Shown here in pieces: positions 62,537 to 64,000 of a DNA stretch of 64,000 nt. The DNA comes from Massalongia carnosa (lineage: Eukaryota): NCBI GenBank assembly GCA_965645245.1, contig OZ287072.1, positions 2,542,001 to 2,606,000 of the forward strand, in the 5' to 3' direction. Position 1 is the first letter of the stretch, and every line of letters starts with the position of its first letter. A program made the translations under genes and the position numbers. The notes beneath the pieces are model-generated. The model was not told the origin of the DNA and searched no databases. It saw nothing but the letters and a program-made list of their open reading frames with translations.

Positions 62537-63805
62537 TTGATGGCTTGTACGCTCAACATGTTGCAGTCAGGAAGCCACGGTTCTTGCGATCTATCGATGC
62601 AACAAACTGCGTACGCCGGGCATTGCTTTTTCCGGACTCGTGAATTTGTCAATATGGACGCGTTTTGTACCAAACTGCAATTGGCCTTCGGTGATCCTGA
62701 TAAAAAGCAACTGCACAAAGGGAACTGCGACAGCTTAGACAAAAGATTAAAGAGTTCTATCTATACTTATCCGACTATCAGCGCCTCGTTCCGGACACAG
62801 GCTTCGATGATGAAGCCAAACGTTCTATCCTTCTGAACGGTCTCAGCGATGAGTTAAAATCCGCCCTAATCACTGTGGACCTACCCGCCTCTCTGGACGA
62901 CACCATACAAGTTCTTCAGAAGATTGATAATCGGTTCCGCTCCGTTCAAGCATCGCTCCGCAAACCATTTTCATATGGCTCATCTCGTTCTTCCTCCGCT
63001 CCGTCCACTCCGACTACCAAGACCTCTTCCAGTCCAACCACTCCCGTTCCTAGACCCGCTCCCACCCCATCCGCGGACTCGGATGTCATGGACCTGTCGA
63101 CCTCCAGACGCCGTGGCCCCATCACACCGGCAGAAAGATCGCGCCGCACGAACGAGGGACTATGCATGTACTGTGGAGGATCCGGACATTTCGCTAATGC
63201 CTGCCCGGTCTCCAAAGGAAAATCTAGAATGAAGACATATGAACTGAGCTCGATAACTCCGGAGGAGGAAAAAGCTCAGTCTTCGGCCTAAGTGGCAGCC
63301 GAAGACATGTATCGGAAGGATCTATTTCGATTTCGGCATTTTCTCTGTCCAAAGAACCTCTATCCGAAGAAAAGTGGATGGAAGGCATTTGGTTGTGTCT
63401 CTCGTTGTTTCCATAGGAAAAATCAGACTCAAGACTTATGCATTGATTGATTGTGGAGCATCTGGATTTGCCTTTGTAGATTCTTCGTTCGCGCACTACC
63501 ACCGCATACTCCTCGCCCCCATGAAGAAACCCCGTATCCTTGAACTCGCAGACGGTCGTCCCGTGTCGTCTGGAAAACTTACCCACCTTGTCCATTTGAA
63601 CGTTGACATCGCCTCCCATTCTGAACCCGCCAACCTTCTCGTCACCAGTCTCGGTCACTATCCCATAGTTCTCGGCATTAAATGGCTGCAAAGTCACGAT
63701 GTCAGCATACGATGGGCCATGAACTCCCTCAATTTCATCTCGCCTCATTGCCGTCAGCACTGTCTTAACGTCCACGCCCTTGAAAAAAAAACTGGCAACG
63801 TGTAA
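62537..63805 (+). mobile_element. Ty3/gypsy B fragment (gag C-terminal half plus protease)
   Basis: LQLAFGDPDKK, MDLS..RGPIT..ERSRR..GLCMYCGGSGHFANAC, ALIDCGASGFAFVD..IVLGIKWLQSHD; frameshifted, no LTR identified. Confidence 0.88.
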
Positions 63806-64000
63806 GCGAGCTTGCCCCACTAAATTTTACCCCTTTTTATCAACATTTCACCTTTACATTGCGATAACCAGTCAATTGAAAGCTATTTACATCAAATTAA
63901 TGACCAGTCATGGCCCCCTCAGCTGAGATGACGTCCTTTAGCCGTTGAGGCATTGATCGTACTCTCTCATTAATAAACTCCTGACTGACTGTCGCCCAGC

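Overview
Eukaryotic, intron-containing, transposon-rich window from a filamentous ascomycete (GT..AG introns with CTRAC-like branch points, Tad1-type LINEs, Fot1/pogo, MULE, Harbinger, copia and gypsy elements). Roughly half is nested mobile DNA: two near-complete Ty1/copia elements plus a third LTR+PBS stub, one long and one short Ty3/gypsy element, two 5'-truncated copies of one LINE family, two Mutator-derived TIR elements, a solo LTR and Tc1, pogo and Harbinger transposase relics. Host-like genes are accessory: three intron-containing secreted or surface proteins the ORF track misses or splits (GPI-anchored protein, 6-Cys secreted protein, 10-Cys hydrophobin-like protein), a lipase-NB-ARC-TPR NLR, and pseudogenes (DUF3433, APH-like kinases, PD-(D/E)XK protein, Crinkler-like NTPase-nuclease, protein kinase). 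Most striking: one 16-bp target-site duplication (AAAACCACAATTTCAC, 16444-16459 and 22389-22404) encloses both a LINE 3' part and a 1.7-kb non-coding segment (16460-18163). That segment has four B-box/T-arm modules and a densely base-paired 3' domain ending in TTTT, which suggests a LINE-made retrocopy of an unidentified large structured RNA. All family assignments come from motif recognition by eye; no database search was run.
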